Shown here piece after piece: positions 9,818-19,225 of a DNA stretch of 64,000 nucleotides. The DNA is taken from NCBI GenBank assembly GCA_965368975.1, contig CBDUPA010000026.1, positions 1-64,000 on the forward strand. Reading direction: 5' to 3'. Numbering within the stretch: position 1 is the first letter of the stretch; the number at the start of each line of letters is the position of its first letter. The notes under the pieces are model-generated. The model ran no database searches and was not told the origin of the DNA. It saw only the letters and a program-made list of their open reading frames with translations. A program made the position numbers and the translations under genes. The DNA is from an uncultured bacterium. GTDB lineage: Bacteria > Acidobacteriota > Thermoanaerobaculia > Multivoradales > JAHZIX01.

Positions 9818-11632
9818 TCAGCGAGCGGATTCGCGGATCAGGCGCAGCTGGTAGGCACCCACCTCGCCGGGCAGCGCGGAGGTCATCGCGACGCCGTAGT
9901 CGCCGTTCTCGGGCAGCGTGGCTTCGATGTAGGCATTGGTGCCGGTGCCGCCATCATCGTCTTCGGCGATGCGGTCACCCTCGAAGCGGTCGAGCATCAG
10001 GTAGGTGTCGAAGTCTTCGGAGGTTGCTTCCAGTCGGATGGTTTCCCCCTTGCGGCCGTGGAAGTAGTAGACGTCCAGGTACTCGCCGTCGTCGAGGGTC
10101 TCATCTCCCGGCAGCAGGTAGGCATGGGTTGGGCGATCGTCGCTCAGGATGGCATCGAAGCGAGTGAACATCTCGTCGTCGCCGCCCTGGATGAAGTGTG
10201 GGGCACGGCGGGCAAGGGCGCACTGCATGGGGCTCAGCTGGCCGCCGAGGCTACTGGTATCCGCGTCTTCGGCCATCAGGTTCTGCGTTGTGTCGTTGTT
10301 GGGGTCGCCATCGCCTTCGGTGGGATCGGGCAGGCCGAGCATCTCACCGATCTGACGCGCTAGCTCCAGTTCCAGCTCGCGTTCGTGCAGCGCTGCATCG
10401 CTGAGAATGATGCTGACGCGGCTGGGGGCGAAGGTGGTGGACGAGAAGTGGGTGCTGTACGGACCACCGCCTTCGATGCGGGGCACGACGAAGACAGTCA
10501 GGATACCCTCGGTCGGGCCGACGCGTTCGGGAAGCTCTTGCAGGGCGAGTTCTTCGTCCGTCCAGCCTTCGTCGGCAATCTCCAGGGCGTCTTCGACACC
10601 CGGAACCTCGACCGGAGGTCGGGGTTCGTCGCTGTCGAGCAGGATGCCGATGCCGCACTGCTTCCAGACGTCACGGCTGCGCTCGACCACGCGCAGAACC
10701 TGATCTGTGGTCGCTTGCGATCCGCCCTTGCCGTTCTCGCCGTGCACGCGCAGCAGGCGCAGCTGCAGCGTGGCGCCATCGCGCTCAGGGCCCGGGAAGG
10801 GCGCGGCGGTGAGCTGGTACTGGCCACCGCGCAGTTCGCTGGTCGAGCTGACTTCGATCACCACCTCGCTACCCTCCGGCGTGGTCTTGGACGGCTCGAG
10901 GTACACCAGGGGGCGCAAGTCGCCGGAGGACAGGCTGATGTCATCGGCCCAGTAGACCAGCTCGCCGGAAGGTGAATTGACCCACAGCAGCAGGTCCAGC
11001 TCGCGGGAGGTGGCCAGGACCGCCACCGGGTGGGGCGGCATTTCGAGGCGCCAGACGTCTTCGTAGCTGTCAGCGGCGTTGATGGTGTCCCCTGGTGCCA
11101 GCCAAGCGTCGACGGTGTGGCCGACCTGCAGCTGTGAATGGCCTTCACGTACGCTCTGGCTCTTGACCGAGATGGTGTACATGCCGGTGCTCACCTCGAC
11201 AGAGTTGGCCCAGGCCTGATAGGTGCCCCGGAGGCTGGGGAAGAACTCGATTTGGGAGGAATCGCCACGCGCAAAGTTCTCATCGTCGTTGATCTCGAGC
11301 ACGAAGCCATCGGGATCGATCAGCATCAAGACCGGGTCGAAGTCGTCCGAGGCGAGCTGAATCGTGACCAGATCACCGGGCTCTCCGTCGAAGGTATAGA
11401 TGTCGAAGTAGGTTTCGTCGAACAGCAGTCCGTCCCTGCTGGACAACTTGCCGGTCGTCGCTTCGCCCAGGGGCAGCGGCGTGCGGCTGTCGGGCCAGCG
11501 CTCGGCCTGGTCGGTGGCGCGCAGGCGGTCTTCGCCGCCTCCTTGAGCGTTGGCCGGGAGGCACGGCACGAGTAGCGCCGTGAGAAGTACCGCGAGCAGT
11601 ACGAGGGGGAGACCGAGACGATGGGAATGCAT
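9818..11632 (-). CDS. Secreted protein with three PPC (pre-peptidase C-terminal)-like domains and a degenerate zincin-like domain
   Basis: Signal peptide. Repeated FDIYTFDG..GD.VTI.L.SDDFDP.L.L / LDVYYFHG..GETI.LEATSEDFDTYL..EDDDGG. Central LARQIGEMLGLPD...NLM. Confidence 0.75.
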   Translation of the reverse strand: MHSHRLGLPLVLLAVLLTALLVPCLPANAQGGGEDRLRATDQAERWPDSRTPLPLGEATTGKLSSRDGLLFDETYFDIYTFDGEPGDLVTIQLASDDFDPVLMLIDPDGFVLEINDDENFARGDSSQIEFFPSLRGTYQAWANSVEVSTGMYTISVKSQSVREGHSQLQVGHTVDAWLAPGDTINAADSYEDVWRLEMPPHPVAVLATSRELDLLLWVNSPSGELVYWADDISLSSGDLRPLVYLEPSKTTPEGSEVVIEVSSTSELRGGQYQLTAAPFPGPERDGATLQLRLLRVHGENGKGGSQATTDQVLRVVERSRDVWKQCGIGILLDSDEPRPPVEVPGVEDALEIADEGWTDEELALQELPERVGPTEGILTVFVVPRIEGGGPYSTHFSSTTFAPSRVSIILSDAALHERELELELARQIGEMLGLPDPTEGDGDPNNDTTQNLMAEDADTSSLGGQLSPMQCALARRAPHFIQGGDDEMFTRFDAILSDDRPTHAYLLPGDETLDDGEYLDVYYFHGRKGETIRLEATSEDFDTYLMLDRFEGDRIAEDDDGGTGTNAYIEATLPENGDYGVAMTSALPGEVGAYQLRLIRESAR

Positions 11633-11776
11633 GTGGTGTCCTTCCTGAAGTCCATCCCTGAGACGCCGCGAACCGGGGGGGGAGCCAAGCCGGCCCGGGG
11701 ACGCCTCGAAGAAACAAAGGTCCTGGGGTGCAGGACCTGTATAGTTTATCTCTTGGTTCGACGGCCAAGTAGGGGA

Positions 11777-11814
11777 GAACCTCCGGCGGCCTCTGTGAGG
11801 CTCGCCGGAGGTTC
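11777..11814 (-). terminator. hairpin downstream of the small Cys-rich peptide gene
   Basis: GAACCTCCGGCG-GCCTC-tgt-GAGGC-t-CGCCGGAGGTTC, 23 bp past the stop codon. Confidence 0.65.
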
Positions 11815-11837
11815 AGACTCGATTCGCTCGACCTGCT

Positions 11838-12068
11838 TCAGGCGCAGCCGGCGAAGATGCAAGTGACGCAGGAGATGCAGATCGAGATCTCGTTGGTCTG
11901 GCCCAGGCAGCGATCCGGGTTGCAGGTCTCGCAACTGCAAGTACATGGTTTCGGTTCGTCGACAGCGATGGCGACCGCGGCGCCGTTGGCGTGGCGCAGG
12001 CTGCTCTGATCCATGAACTGGATGGTCTCCCGGTTCAGTTGCAACTTGTTCGTCTTACGCTTGCGCAT
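11838..12068 (-). CDS. Putative RiPP precursor (class I lanthipeptide-like leader, Cys/Ser/Thr-rich core)
   Basis: Strong RBS GGAGGAGGAG. Leader MRKRKTNKLQLNRETIQFM (KLxLxRET) ending ...ANG/A. Core has 9 Cys and 7 Ser/Thr. Has its own terminator. Confidence 0.75.
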   Translation of the reverse strand: MRKRKTNKLQLNRETIQFMDQSSLRHANGAAVAIAVDEPKPCTCSCETCNPDRCLGQTNEISICISCVTCIFAGCA

Positions 12069-12209
12069 AGGTACTCCTCCTCCGTGTTGTGCGAGCGCGG
12101 GTTCGCGCTGCGGACCTCGCGGCTCGGCAGATTGAGATGTAGCCCTACTCTAGCGCTTGACGCCAAGGGTCGCCAGGGCTGGATTTGCTTCCTCCGCTCT
12201 CGGGGTACC

Positions 12210-14408
12210 TCACAGCCGGAACAGGTACGTCATCTTGACGATCACCTGGCGGTCGCGGGTTTCCAGGTCGGAGAAACTGGGGGAGTTCCAGTTCTCATTG
12301 TAGACCACGTAGAGGTCGGAACCGGGGCGGTAGGTCCAGCGCAGGCGCAGGTTGGCACCGAAGACTTCACTGACGCTGTTGTACTGCAGGATGCCGTTGA
12401 GCGACAGGTCCGGGGTGAACGATAGCTCCAGGCGCTGGCGCACGACATCGAAGTCGAAGTCGCCGACGGGCAGGCTGACGTCGCTGCGCACCCAGGTGGT
12501 CTCGGTACGGAAGTAGCGGGAGGCACGCACGCTGACGGAGGCTGTGAAGGCGGTGCTGGAGCCGTCGTAGAAGTCCCCGGCGGTGAGCTCGAGGAAGCCG
12601 AAAACGCGGCGGGCGTCGGAGGTGGACAGCTGGAAGCCGCCTTCCCACCAGTCGTAGTCACCGGCCGGCAGGGTGACGCCGGGGAAGATCGGGAAGTCGT
12701 TCTGCAGGTTGTCTTCCTGGCGGCGGGCGAAGAAATGGAGCTCGTCTTCGGTATGCCAGCGCAGGCCGAAGAACTCGAGCTGGACCAGCGAGGTCTCGGT
12801 GCCGCCGCCGTCGCGCTCGTACTGTTCGGCGATCAGGCCGGAGCGGTAGTTGCGGATCCTGGGGTGGTCGACGGGGCGAGGCTCGTAGACGCCGGAGCCG
12901 CGGTAGCGGCGCACGCCGCGACGCAGCAGGAAGCCGGCATCGGGGTTGAAGTCCTTGCCGATGTCGATGGCGGAGAGCGAGAAGTCGTAGAGCGCGCTGT
13001 CGTAGTTGAAGCCGGCGCCGGCGTTCCAGGGCTCGTCTTCGTCGACCTCGGAATCGTCACTACGCGAGGCGAAGGCCCAGACGTTGGTTTCGTTGGTCGG
13101 CTTGAGATCGAGGTCGATACCGTAGACTTCGTTGAGATTGCCACCGTCGGTGTCACTGCGGGTGTAGATCATGCCGATGCTGGAGCGTTCTCCCAGGTTG
13201 CGCTTGACGCGCACGACGCCCCAGTCGTTTTCAGGGACGGGCGCGCCGTTCTGACTACCCAGACTGTCGGTGCGCACGTTCATCAGGCCGAGACTCCAGC
13301 CACCGGCGCGTCCGGTCAGGCGACCGCCGAAGTCGATCGGCACTTGACGCCCATCGTCCGAGATGCCGACACGACGCGAGAAGAAGACCTTGAACAGCGG
13401 CACGTCGGCGAACGACGGGCCGAACTCGAAGATGCCGGCGCTCTCCAGGAAGAATTCCCGCTTCTCTTGAAAAAACAGTGGGAAGCGCGTCAGGTTCACC
13501 TGCTGGTCGTCGACTTCGGCTTCGGCGAAGTCGGTGTTGGCGGTGACGTCCAGCGTCAGGTCTTCGTTGATGCCCCATTTGAAGTCCAGGCCGGTTTCCC
13601 AATCCTCTTCCGAGCCGGTTCCGGCTTGCTTGCTGGAGGAGAAGCTGGCGTAGGGCTTGATCTCGATGTTGAGGCCGCGGCGGAGCTCGAAGGGGCCGAA
13701 GTGGCCACCCTTGGAGATGCGGAAGACGTTGTCTTCGAGCCCCAGCGGTGACCAGTACGTCTCTTCGTTCTTGCGCTTGATGATGCGCCGCACCTGCATG
13801 CCCCAGGTCTCGTTGTTGGGGTCGAAGCGCAGGGTGGAGAAGGGGATGGCGAATTCTGCCGACCAGCCCTCGTCCGAGATGTGAGTCTTGACGTCCCACA
13901 CGGCACCGTCCCAGGAGACGTTGAAGTCGCGGCCTTCGTCGGTCAGCAGTGCGTCGGTACGGGCGCCGTTGGGATTGGTTTCGAAGAAGAAAGCGTTGCG
14001 GTGGTCGTGGAAGGTGTCGAGGAAGATGCCGATCGAATCGTCGCGGAAAAGGAAGGCATCGCGTTCCATCTCATTGGCGATGATCTCGGACGGCTCCGAG
14101 TCGTAGGCCATGATGCCGATGTAGAGATGGGTGTTGGTGAAGACCGCGCGGAGCACCGTGCGCTCCGTGGCCGGGGCGCCTACCTGGGGCTCGCGCTGGC
14201 GGAAGTCACCGGATGGCTCGGCCTGCTGCCAGGCGTCGTCGTCGAGGTGACCATCGACGCTGATGCTCTCGTCGATGAAGAGTGGCCGCAGCTCGGGGAC
14301 GCTGGAAGCCTCGGTGTGCGCGGAGGCCGGAGCGGCCGCGCTCAGGCAGGCGGTGGCGGCCAGCAGGGTGCTGGCCAGCAGACGGTGGGAAGGTATCGGC
14401 GACAACAT
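12210..14408 (-). CDS. CBM9-like/DUF5916 outer-membrane protein
   Basis: Signal peptide. VDGHLDD.AW..A, IFLDTFHD.RNAFFF.TNP.G, WSAEFAIPFSTLRF, NTDFAEAEVD.QQVNLTRFPLFFQEKREFFLE. Beta-barrel C-terminus KMTYLFRL. AGGAG RBS. Confidence 0.85.
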   Translation of the reverse strand: MLSPIPSHRLLASTLLAATACLSAAAPASAHTEASSVPELRPLFIDESISVDGHLDDDAWQQAEPSGDFRQREPQVGAPATERTVLRAVFTNTHLYIGIMAYDSEPSEIIANEMERDAFLFRDDSIGIFLDTFHDHRNAFFFETNPNGARTDALLTDEGRDFNVSWDGAVWDVKTHISDEGWSAEFAIPFSTLRFDPNNETWGMQVRRIIKRKNEETYWSPLGLEDNVFRISKGGHFGPFELRRGLNIEIKPYASFSSSKQAGTGSEEDWETGLDFKWGINEDLTLDVTANTDFAEAEVDDQQVNLTRFPLFFQEKREFFLESAGIFEFGPSFADVPLFKVFFSRRVGISDDGRQVPIDFGGRLTGRAGGWSLGLMNVRTDSLGSQNGAPVPENDWGVVRVKRNLGERSSIGMIYTRSDTDGGNLNEVYGIDLDLKPTNETNVWAFASRSDDSEVDEDEPWNAGAGFNYDSALYDFSLSAIDIGKDFNPDAGFLLRRGVRRYRGSGVYEPRPVDHPRIRNYRSGLIAEQYERDGGGTETSLVQLEFFGLRWHTEDELHFFARRQEDNLQNDFPIFPGVTLPAGDYDWWEGGFQLSTSDARRVFGFLELTAGDFYDGSSTAFTASVSVRASRYFRTETTWVRSDVSLPVGDFDFDVVRQRLELSFTPDLSLNGILQYNSVSEVFGANLRLRWTYRPGSDLYVVYNENWNSPSFSDLETRDRQVIVKMTYLFRL

Positions 14409-14426
14409 CTTGACTCTCCTCAAGGA

Positions 14427-15836
14427 TCAGGAACGTCGGCGTAGCAAGCTCAGCAGCGCCAGTAGGGCGGCTCCGAGTCCCACGCCGCGCAGGATCTTCT
14501 CTTGTCTTTCCGCCCGGGCGACGGCATCGGCGTAGGGCATCGTGGTGTGGGCGACCAAGCCATAGAGGGGTTTCCACAGCTCTGGGAAGAGCCGATTCAA
14601 CCACACGTCGGCCTTCTTGCGCAGCAGGAAGGGCAGTGAACGGAGGCGTTGGCTCAATTCCAGGAAGTTTTGCTTCGACAATTCAGCCAGCGTGTCCGTG
14701 TGGACTTTGCGGCTCAGCTGGAACTGGTGGAACAGAGCGCGCCAATCGAGATCGAATTCGGTGGCGCCGCCTCGGCACCCCAGCAGAGCTTCTTGCAGGA
14801 GGTCGTCGAGCACGACACAGTCTTCGAGCGCAGCGTTCATGCCCTGGCCGAAGAAGGGATAGACCGCGTGCACGGCGTCGCCGATCAGCACTGCCCAGTC
14901 CTCGTGATACCAGGGCGCGGTGCGCACGGTGACCAGCCGGCCGACGGGATGGCTGAAGAACTGTTCGGTCAGCTCGGGCATCAGGGGCAGCAGATCTGGG
15001 AAGTAGGCTTCGAACAGCTCGCGTACGGCCTCGGGTGTCTGAATGTCGTCGAAGCAGAAGCGGCCGTCCTCACGCGCGACGGGCATGAAGAGCGTGACGG
15101 TGTGCGAGCCGTCGCGGTTCGAGTGAGTGACGATCAGAGCGTCACCGCGCGGCCACACGTGCAGGGCGTCGAGCTGAATCTGCGAGCTGCCGTCGCGGGC
15201 CGCGGGTAGGGTCAGTTCCTTGTAGCCCCAAGGAAGGTATTCCTGGTGGAAGTTCGCGCGAATGCCGGCGTGCAGGTGCTGGCGGACCACGGAGAAGGCG
15301 CCGTCGGCACCAATGAGCAGGTCCGCGTGCACCTTGTGCTCGGTCTCTTGATCCTGGTCGAGAAATGTCAGGGTGCGGGCGTCTTTGTCCAACTCGACGC
15401 AGCGCTGGCGGAAGTGGAAGCGGATCTGACCCGTGGCTTCGGCGGCGTCCAGCAGCACGCGGTTCAGCTCGGTGCGGTCGATCGAGTTGAGTGCTTCGCT
15501 CGGGTTCTTGCCGTAGGCATGGTAGGTGACGCTGCCGTCGAGGGCATGGACGGCGCGCCCGTGCATGACAACGGCACGGTCGAGCATGTGCTGGTCGAGA
15601 CCCGCGCGGCGCAGCGCGCGCAGGCCACGGGCGGTCAGGCCGAGGTTGATCGAGCGGCCGGCCATGCCGCCGGTCTGCCGTAGGTCGCCGCGGCGCTCGT
15701 AGACGTCGACCTGGAAGCCGGCGCGTGCCAGGTAGATCGACACCATCGAGCCGGCCAGGCCGGCTCCGACGACCACGACTGTCGGTCGTGCCGACGTGGA
15801 GGCGGCCTGTTCGTGAGGAGGCTGTGAGGTGGACAT
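14427..15836 (-). CDS. Kynurenine 3-monooxygenase-like FAD-dependent monooxygenase
   Basis: GAGLAG, GRSINLGL, GADGAFS, YKELTLP, LHVWPRG and GDAVHAVYPFFGQGMNAALED motifs; C-terminal hydrophobic anchor. Confidence 0.85.
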   Translation of the reverse strand: MSTSQPPHEQAASTSARPTVVVVGAGLAGSMVSIYLARAGFQVDVYERRGDLRQTGGMAGRSINLGLTARGLRALRRAGLDQHMLDRAVVMHGRAVHALDGSVTYHAYGKNPSEALNSIDRTELNRVLLDAAEATGQIRFHFRQRCVELDKDARTLTFLDQDQETEHKVHADLLIGADGAFSVVRQHLHAGIRANFHQEYLPWGYKELTLPAARDGSSQIQLDALHVWPRGDALIVTHSNRDGSHTVTLFMPVAREDGRFCFDDIQTPEAVRELFEAYFPDLLPLMPELTEQFFSHPVGRLVTVRTAPWYHEDWAVLIGDAVHAVYPFFGQGMNAALEDCVVLDDLLQEALLGCRGGATEFDLDWRALFHQFQLSRKVHTDTLAELSKQNFLELSQRLRSLPFLLRKKADVWLNRLFPELWKPLYGLVAHTTMPYADAVARAERQEKILRGVGLGAALLALLSLLRRRS

Positions 15837-15872
15837 GGGCCAGGATCTCCGAGGGAATCGCGCTCGGGCGCG

Positions 15873-16988
15873 TCAGTGTGGCCGCCGGGCCACGAGTAGG
15901 TGGTCACCGGTCGATTCGAGTACCGTGCAGGTCTCGATCTGCAGGCCGCTCTGTTCGAGCCAGCCGCGGACCTCGGCCAGGGTGTAGGTGCGCCCGCCCA
16001 GCAGATGGAAGAGGTTGAGGCGAAAGATGCGATGGAAGGCTTCGGCGACGGCGGGCAGTTCGGGCCGCTCCTCGCCCGCGAGCTGTTCGAGCACGACCAG
16101 CCGGCCTCCCGGCCGCAGCAGGGTACGCACCCGGCGTAGCAACTCCAGGTTGGTTTCCGCGGGAAAACTGTGCACGATGCTCAGTAGATACGCGACGTCG
16201 TAGCCGTCGCTGCTGGCGGACGCGTCGTCCCTGAGGTCGTCCTCCAGGAAGTTGGCTGCCCGGAACTCGACGCGCTCGGCCAGACCCGCGGCTTCGGCGT
16301 TCTCGCGCGCGACTTCCAGCGAGCTGGGTAGATCGACGACGGTGGCAGTGGCGCCCTCAATGCGGCGGCAGAAGGCCAGGGCGTGACGTCCGTGGCCACC
16401 ACCGATATCGATCAGCCGCGGTGGCTGATTTGCCGTCGAGGTCGAGACGTCCAACTGCAGATGCTCCAGAATCTCGTCGCCGTTGAGTTCCGCCAGTTGC
16501 CCGAGCATGGTCTGGAACACACGCTGCGCCGCCGGTCGCTCGTCGAGCCAGCTGTAGAGATGCAGTCCGGGCTGGCCACTCCGGATGGTCCCTTCGAGGT
16601 CGTGCCACAGCTCGAACAGCTGCAGTGACCAGAACTCGACGACGGCGGTGAAGTCGAAGCCCTCGCCTTCTGGGGGCCGCAGCCAGCGACGGGCAGCTTC
16701 GCTCAGGGTCCAGATCGGGTCCGGTTGCTGGGCTTCCAACTGTTGGGCATACCCGAAGCTCTCCAGTGCTTCGAGCAGGAAGCCGGTGGCGGCGGGATCC
16801 GTGTCCAGGCGCGCCGCCAGCTCGGTGGCGGGGGCGTCGCCCTCGGCCAGAGCTTCGAACAGGCCCAGGCGCAGCGCTGCCGCGGCGGCACGGAAACCGG
16901 CGGTGGCGAGCAGGTCGAGCTGCGGCGCCGGGGCATCGGCACTGTCGAAGAAGGCTCGGGTTTCTTCGTCGCTGAGACGGATCGGCAT
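15873..16988 (-). CDS. SAM-dependent O/N-methyltransferase (dimerisation domain + Methyltransf_2)
   Basis: AALRLGLFEALA..P.TELAARL N-terminal domain; IDIGGGHG, VDLP, LRPGGRLVVLE. Confidence 0.88.
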   Translation of the reverse strand: MPIRLSDEETRAFFDSADAPAPQLDLLATAGFRAAAAALRLGLFEALAEGDAPATELAARLDTDPAATGFLLEALESFGYAQQLEAQQPDPIWTLSEAARRWLRPPEGEGFDFTAVVEFWSLQLFELWHDLEGTIRSGQPGLHLYSWLDERPAAQRVFQTMLGQLAELNGDEILEHLQLDVSTSTANQPPRLIDIGGGHGRHALAFCRRIEGATATVVDLPSSLEVARENAEAAGLAERVEFRAANFLEDDLRDDASASSDGYDVAYLLSIVHSFPAETNLELLRRVRTLLRPGGRLVVLEQLAGEERPELPAVAEAFHRIFRLNLFHLLGGRTYTLAEVRGWLEQSGLQIETCTVLESTGDHLLVARRPH

Positions 16989-17003
16989 GTCGACTCCTCG
17001 GCT

Positions 17004-17828
17004 TCAGATCTCTGCGGCGTCCGATGGGAGCGGCGGTCTTGCTGGTGGTATTTCCTGCGGAGCCAGACCTCGTAGCTCGATCTCGGCTTCCACCAGGGCG
17101 TCGATGGCACGGTCGAGACGCTGCTCAGAGACGGACTGACCGAGGCGCCGTAGGTAGGCGCGCAGGAAGCCGACTCGGGCACCCGCGGTGTCGCGGGGGC
17201 GCGAGAGGAAGGGTAGGTCGGTCTCCACCATGTGACGGATCACCAGCATGGGGATCGGACTGCGCAGCGGCCGGATCTTGTCGCTGCGCAGGCCCGGCGT
17301 CTGATTCTTGGCGTGGAACTCACCGAGCATCAGGCCGCAACGGGTGAAATCCTTTTTCAGCGTTGCCTGGACGCCGTCGATCAGTTCCGGCACGGCTGCT
17401 TCGTCGATGTCCGGGAACAGCATCAAGAGGGCCTTGTTGACTGACTCATCGCCGTAGCGTGGTTCCTGGTGCAAGAAGACGTCGCGGTACTGGCTGGCGA
17501 TCTTGCCGACGTGCTCCGGCGCGGCGTCTGATTTCAGGTGGATGCACGTCAGGAACAACGAGTCGAGTTTCATCGCGATCGGCATGAAAGGACACACGGG
17601 GCCGGTGCGGCCGAGATCCGGGTGCGGCTGACACAGGAAGTCGCGCATCCAGGTGACGATGACGCACAGTGGCCCGAGATCCTCGGCGACGGGTTCTCCC
17701 GACTCGATCTGTGAGATGCGGTAGAGGGATGTCGGCGGCTGGGTAGCGTCATCTTCGCTGGGATTGCAGCCCTGGCGCAACGCGTCTTGCAGGCCCACGG
17801 CGGCGGGGGCGGTTGGTTTCTCGGTCAT
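17004..17828 (-). CDS. DUF6875-like protein (CPF...FH...RSPxP family)
   Basis: WMRDFLCQPHPDLGRTGPVCPF; GLMLGEFH; LRSPIPMLVIRHMVETDLPFL. Overlaps the MFS stop codon (ATGA). Confidence 0.7.
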   Translation of the reverse strand: MTEKPTAPAAVGLQDALRQGCNPSEDDATQPPTSLYRISQIESGEPVAEDLGPLCVIVTWMRDFLCQPHPDLGRTGPVCPFMPIAMKLDSLFLTCIHLKSDAAPEHVGKIASQYRDVFLHQEPRYGDESVNKALLMLFPDIDEAAVPELIDGVQATLKKDFTRCGLMLGEFHAKNQTPGLRSDKIRPLRSPIPMLVIRHMVETDLPFLSRPRDTAGARVGFLRAYLRRLGQSVSEQRLDRAIDALVEAEIELRGLAPQEIPPARPPLPSDAAEI

Positions 17829-19225
17829 GGTAGGTCCTTTGCTGTCTCTGCTCCAGGGGATTCGATGTCGAGCGGCGCGTCGGCTCGCGATGGTTCGAGG
17901 GCGTCCGGGATCTCATCTTCCAAACCACGCAGGCGCGGATAGAGAAGGCCGACACCGGCGACCAGGATGACGCTGGCACCGCCGAGGATGAACATGAAGG
18001 CGATTCCGCGGCCCGGGCCGGTGCCGATCAGTGCACCGACGCTGGTGGCCAGAGTGCCGCCGGGGGCCAGCAGGGGTTCGAAGACGTGGTCGGCCAGCGG
18101 TCCCGCCAGCACGTAGCCGAGCGGGACCGTGGCACGGGTCAGCATCTGGCGGGCGGCGAGGACCTTGCCGAGCACCCCGCTGGGCACCTTGGTCTGCCAG
18201 ATGATGTCGTTGCAGGCGAAGATGAAGGGCAGGGTGGCGAAGAAGAAGAAGGCGCAGACGCCGATCAGCAGCGACGATGGTCGCAATCCGTGCAGCATCA
18301 GGGCGATGCCGGCCAGCGCCAGGAAGCCGAGCACGCCGTGGATGCGCCGTGCCGGTCCGCCCCAGCTGCTCATCAGCATGCCGCCCACCAGCATGCCGAC
18401 GCCACCGATCGAGGTCAGCAGGCCGAGCATGGCGGCGCTGGTGAACTCCAGGATCATCGGGGTGATCAGCGGGCCGATGATGGCCAGCATGAAGCTGAAC
18501 CAGCCGATCACCGCCAGGATGCCGAGCAGCCCGGGATGGCGGAAAATGTAGGACAGGCCGAAGGTCAGCTCCTGCCGCAGGCCACCCTCACCCTCGTCAC
18601 CCGCCTCGGCAAGCCGCGGCGGGCGTGGGATGCGCACCGCGAGTAGCGTTGCCAGCGCGACCAGGAAGGTGACGACGTCGATGCCGACCACGCCGCTGAG
18701 GCCGACCTCGAGCAGCAGGTAGCCAGCCAGTGCCGGTGCCAGCACCTGGCGGATCGCCACCGCGGTCTGCGCCAAGCCGTTGGCGTGACCCAACTGCTTG
18801 CGGGGCACCAGCAGCGGGATCGACGCCAGGTAGGCGGGCTCTTGGAAGGCGTTGCCGAGAGACGAGATCGCGACCACCAGGTAGATGTGCCACACGTCGA
18901 GCTGGCCGCTGAGGGCCAGCAGCAGGACGGCCAGGCTGCCCAGACCGGCCATCAGGTCGGCAGCGATCATCATGGTGCGGCGGTCGTGGCGGTCGACCAG
19001 CGCACCGGCCAGCGGCGCGATCAGCAGACCGGGCAGTTCCAGGAAGAGGAAGATGAGGGCAAAGCTGGTCGCCGAACCGGTCTGCTGGTAGACCCACACG
19101 CCGAGGGCAAAGGCGGTCAGGCCGGTGCCCACCTGCGATACCACCTGACCGCTCCAGATGGTGTAGAAGGGCTTCATGTTGGCACGTTGTACTGGTGCTT
19201 CTTCTTGGCTCATAGGGGGGCTCAT
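17825..19225 (-). CDS. MFS exporter (DHA3/macrolide-efflux type)
   Basis: IWSGQVVSQVGTGLT.FALGVWVYQQTGS; GALVDRHDRR; about 12 TM helices. ATGA overlap with the NRPS stop codon. Confidence 0.92.
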   Translation of the reverse strand: MSPPMSQEEAPVQRANMKPFYTIWSGQVVSQVGTGLTAFALGVWVYQQTGSATSFALIFLFLELPGLLIAPLAGALVDRHDRRTMMIAADLMAGLGSLAVLLLALSGQLDVWHIYLVVAISSLGNAFQEPAYLASIPLLVPRKQLGHANGLAQTAVAIRQVLAPALAGYLLLEVGLSGVVGIDVVTFLVALATLLAVRIPRPPRLAEAGDEGEGGLRQELTFGLSYIFRHPGLLGILAVIGWFSFMLAIIGPLITPMILEFTSAAMLGLLTSIGGVGMLVGGMLMSSWGGPARRIHGVLGFLALAGIALMLHGLRPSSLLIGVCAFFFFATLPFIFACNDIIWQTKVPSGVLGKVLAARQMLTRATVPLGYVLAGPLADHVFEPLLAPGGTLATSVGALIGTGPGRGIAFMFILGGASVILVAGVGLLYPRLRGLEDEIPDALEPSRADAPLDIESPGAETAKDLP

